Positions 60,265 to 64,000 of a DNA stretch of 64,000 nucleotides are shown here, in pieces; within the stretch, counting starts at the first letter, position 1, and each line of letters begins with the position of its first letter. Below the pieces are notes generated by a model that was given only the letters and a program-made list of their open reading frames with translations, was not told the origin of the DNA and searched no databases. Source of the stretch: Mobula hypostoma (Eukaryota). The translations under genes were made by a program, and so were the position numbers. The stretch covers positions 84,074,001-84,138,000 of the forward strand of contig NC_086097.1 in the NCBI RefSeq assembly GCF_963921235.1, given 5' to 3'.

Positions 60265-61510
60265 ACTATTCCGCCATCTCTGTGCCTACTTCTTTGGCAA
60301 AGTCTCCCCACCCTGTATGGATAACCCCTTCTTCTGTCTTCAACCCTCCTCCTCTGATCTTCTGCCTGCTCTGGACCTTTTCATTGCCAATAACCGACAG
60401 GACATCAACCATTTCAAATTCACCACTCCTCTCTCCAGTTCCAGCCTCACTCCTTCCGAATGCTCTGCTCTCCACTCCCTCCGCACTAATCCTAACCTCA
60501 TCATCAAACCTGCAGATAAGGGGAGTGCTGCATTAGTCTGGCAGACTGACCTCTAATTCTTTGAGGCCCAGCGGCAAGATACCTCCTCTTACTTACCCCT
60601 CAAACAAGATCCTACTAAGGAGGACCAGGCCATTGTCTCCCACACCATCACCGACCTTATTAACTCTGGGGATCTTCCAGCCACTGCCACCAACCTCATA
60701 GTTCCTGCACCTCGCACCTCTCATTTCTACCTCCGACCCAAGATCCACAAATCTGCCAGTCCAGGTAGACCCATTGTTTCTGCTTGTTCCTGCCTCACTG
60801 AACTCATATCTGCATACCTTGGCACAGTTTTATCCTCCCTGGTTCAGTCCCTTCCTATCTATTTCCGTGACACTTCACATGCTCTAGATTTTTTAATGAT
60901 TTCATGTTCCCTGGCCCCGAGCATTTTATTTTTCACTATGGATGTCCAGTCCCTATACACCTCCGTCCCCCACCAGGAAGGCCACAAAGCCCTCAGTTTC
61001 TTTCTGGACACCAGACACCAGACCCAACCAGTTTCCCTCCACCACTCTCCTCCGTTTAGTGGAACATGTCCTCACTCCCTCATTCCCAAAATTTTTCCTT
61101 TGGCTCCTCCCATTTCCCTCAAACAAAAGGTGTAGCAATGGGTACTTGCATGGGTCCCACTATACCTGCCTTTTTGTCAGCTACAGTGAACAGTCCATGT
61201 TCTAAGCCTACACTGGTGTCACTCCCCAACTTTTCCTCCAGTACATCAACAACTGCATTGGTGCTGCTTCCTGCACCCCATGTGGAGCTTGTCGATTTCA
61301 TCAACTTTGCCTCCAACTTCCACCCTGCCCACAAATTTACCCGGTCCATTTCTGACACCTTCCTCCCATTCTTTAATCTCTGGAGAGAGCTTGTCTACTG
61401 ATGTCTAATGTAAACCCACTGACTCTCACAGCTACCTGGACTAATACCTCTTCCCATCCGGTTACTTGTAAAAAAACCATCCCCTTGTCTCAATTCTTCC
61501 TTCTCTGCCT
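60265..61510 (+). mobile_element. Penelope-like RT fragment
   Basis: ALHSLRTNPNLIIKPADKG, FTMDVQSLYTSVPHQEG, QTKGVAMGT, NFHPAHKFT. Confidence 0.9.
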
Positions 61511-62394
61511 GGGTATGAAGACTGCACAGCTAAAACACTGAAGCTCATATTCAAGCATCTCTATATACATTAGGAAGAACCCCAATTTTAAAGTCAGGGT
61601 AAATTTGAAAAGCTGTTTGAATTTTGAAAGGGATTGTTGTCACCATAAGCAGTCTCCTTTTACTTAGAATGCATTCCATTCAAACTAGTCATAGTCATAG
61701 TCATACTTTATTGATCCCAGGGGAAATTGGTTTTCATTACAGTTGCACCATAAATGCACTGCAACTCAGGTTGAGTCTCAAACTAGGGTTTTGTTTTGGG
61801 ATGTGTTGACAGTGCATTTGCTGTTCTGTTCCCCAGGGCGTGGGAAATGGCACCTACAACTGCCTTACTGGAAAGGAAATGATAACTCAGGGAATACCAA
61901 GTAAAGGCTGTTGCTTGGAAACCATTCAGATCCATCTCCTTTTTGCGGTAGAATGACTCTAGATTTTTGAACAGTCACAAATAACCAATTTTAACAAATT
62001 GGAAAAGTCAAGTGGGCTTTTGGACTCTACGTGCTGCTTTACTGTTAAGAAGTGATGTTGACCATTTTAAAGTTATGGGTGAGACACTACACCATTCGAA
62101 TGTGACAAACATCCTTATTTACCTTCTCCTGAAAGTAAAATTCAAAGGCATATTAGCCATAAACAGAATTCCTCTTTGATTTGGAACATGGCTCTGAGAG
62201 ATAATCCAATTAATACAAATATAAATTTGGGGTGTGGGCTTTACCAGCATTTATTGGCCATCCTTGGCCCTTGAGAAGGTAGTGGGTCGGGGGAGGGCAA
62301 TTAAATGGTTGGGAGTGGCCCTTGAAGAGAGGGAGCAGTCAGTAGCTGGACATTGGAAATGAAATGGGCAGGGTAGGTGCATGAGAGTCAAGAG

Positions 62395-63356
62395 GATCAC
62401 AGAGTCACAGAGAAGTACAGCACAGAAACAGGCTCTTCATCCCATCTAGTCCATGTCAAAACCATTTAAATTGCCTACTCCCATTGACCTGCACCAGGAC
62501 CATAGCCCTCCATATCCCTACCATCCATGTATATCCAAACTTCTCTTAAACTTTAAAATCGAGTTCACATTCACCACTTGTGCTGGCTGCTCATTCCACA
62601 CTCTCATGACCCTCTGAGTGAAGAAGTTTCCCCTCATGTTCCCCTTAAGCTTTTCACCTTTCACCCCTAACCCATGACCTCTGGTTGTAGCCCCACCCAA
62701 TCTCAGTGGAAAAAGCCTGCTTGCATTTACACTATCTATACCCCACATAATTTTGTATACCTCTATCAAATCTCCCCTCAATCTTCTACATTCTAAAGAG
62801 TACAGTCCTAACCTATTCAATCTTTCTCTATAACGCAGGCCCTACGGTTGCAGCACCATCCTTGTAAATTTTCTTTGTACTCTTTCAACCTTATTTACAT
62901 CTTTTCTGTAGGTAGGTGACCAAAACTGCCCACAATACTCCAAATTAGGCCTCACCAATGTCGTATACAACTTCAACATAACATCCCATCTCCTGTACTC
63001 CATACGTTGAAAGCCAATGTGCCAAAAGCTTTACTTACGACCATATTGGCCTGTGACACCACTTGCAACAAATTATGTGCCTGTATTCTTAGATCCCTTT
63101 GTTCTACCACATTCCTCACTGAGTAATCCTCAGTGCCCTACCGTTCACTGTGTAAGACATATTCTGGTGGTCCTACTGAAGTGCAACACCTTGCATTTGT
63201 CTGCATTATGTTCCATCTGCCATTTTTCATCCTATTTCTCCAGCTGATGCAATCTCTCTGCAAGTCATAATAGTCTTCCTCGCTGTCCACTATACCCCCA
63301 ATCTTGGGGTCACTCACAAATGTGTTAATCTAGTTAATCACATTATCATCCAGATC
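62395..63356 (-). mobile_element. CR1 3' fragment
   Basis: LGLYSLECRRLRGDLIEVYKI..FFTQRVMRVWN. Confidence 0.9.
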
Positions 63357-64000
63357 TGGAGGAGAAGATGGCAACGTGATGGCAGTGTGCGTGGCCACTT
63401 CGGTGGTGATGTCTGTTATCTGTCAAGTAGGGGACCGTGCACAATTCTGATTTGATGGAGACGGACATGAGAGTACGGAGGAACATCTGGAAAACTTCTG
63501 AAATGCCCGCTTCACTGCCACTGCTACTGTGTGGTAACTGGAATCTCCGGAGCAGAGGGCCCTGAAATCCTCGGCTTTGCGTGTTTCAGCGGCCAGGGAG
63601 AGGTCGAAGGCACTCGGCAGAGGATGGTGCTCGGGAGGCTGTATCGGAGGGGCTGGTTGGAAGCTCGACGTTTTCGGACGGATGGACTCAGTGTCGGCTG
63701 TGGTCGGCTGCTTCCAAGGCATCGGCAAGTTGACGGTGTCTGGAGGTTTATGGCAGGGAGTTTCTCCCTTTTGCTGCCTACTATCGGGGACGTGGGAGTC
63801 GATCGACTCGGGGACTTTTGAGACTTTATTTACCATACCTATGGTTTGTTCTTCATCAAATTATGGTATTGCTTTACACTGCTGTAACTATATGTTGAAA
63901 TTATGTGGTTCTGTCAGTGTTAGTCTTTGGTTTGTCCTGTTTTCTATGATATCACTCCGGAGAAACATTGTATCATTTCTTAATGCATGTATGCATTTCT
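63357..64000 (+). mobile_element. GC-rich non-autonomous repeat with a Rex1-like 3' region (runs off the window)
   Basis: Abrupt start GGAGGAGAAGATGGC at the CR1 breakpoint; CpG-rich body; 3' part resembles the tail at 47470-47555. Confidence 0.45.

Noticed and set aside
1..64000. CRISPR arrays, rRNA or prokaryotic operons
   Set aside because: No repeat-spacer periodicity or rRNA motifs; the spliced gene and vertebrate TE families show this is eukaryotic DNA.

Overview
Eukaryotic (vertebrate) DNA. The repeat complement (CR1, Penelope, Rex1, Hero, V-SINE, DeuSINE) points to a cartilaginous fish, probably a ray; this is an inference. One host gene is present: slc10a1 (NTCP, Na+/bile-acid cotransporter) on the minus strand, with four clear coding exons (45593-45196, 43280-43079, 38872-38694, 35569-35367) and an unresolved last exon. 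Most of the rest is transposable elements. (1) A four-level nest at ~0.7-18.4 kb: old CR1 > Tf1/sushi chromovirus with a self-priming PBS > full-length Gmr1-type Gypsy > near-intact CR1. (2) Two divergent Hero-type RLE retrotransposon 3' ends. Their 3' UTRs share a covarying multi-helix RNA fold that assembles hammerhead-core residues (YUGANRA, GAAA, GUH) in a non-standard strand order, plus a kink-turn. This is the most novel-looking signal. (3) A 4.85-kb composite insertion bounded by a perfect 13-bp TSD, in which Gmr1 gag-protease is joined in frame to Penelope RT/GIY-YIG and closed by an inverted Penelope terminal repeat. (4) Penelope minimal hammerheads, Tc1 and Tigger deletion derivatives, RTE-derived bipartite elements, nested Rex1 copies and many CR1 fragments. 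All calls were made by eye; boundaries of degenerate repeats are approximate.
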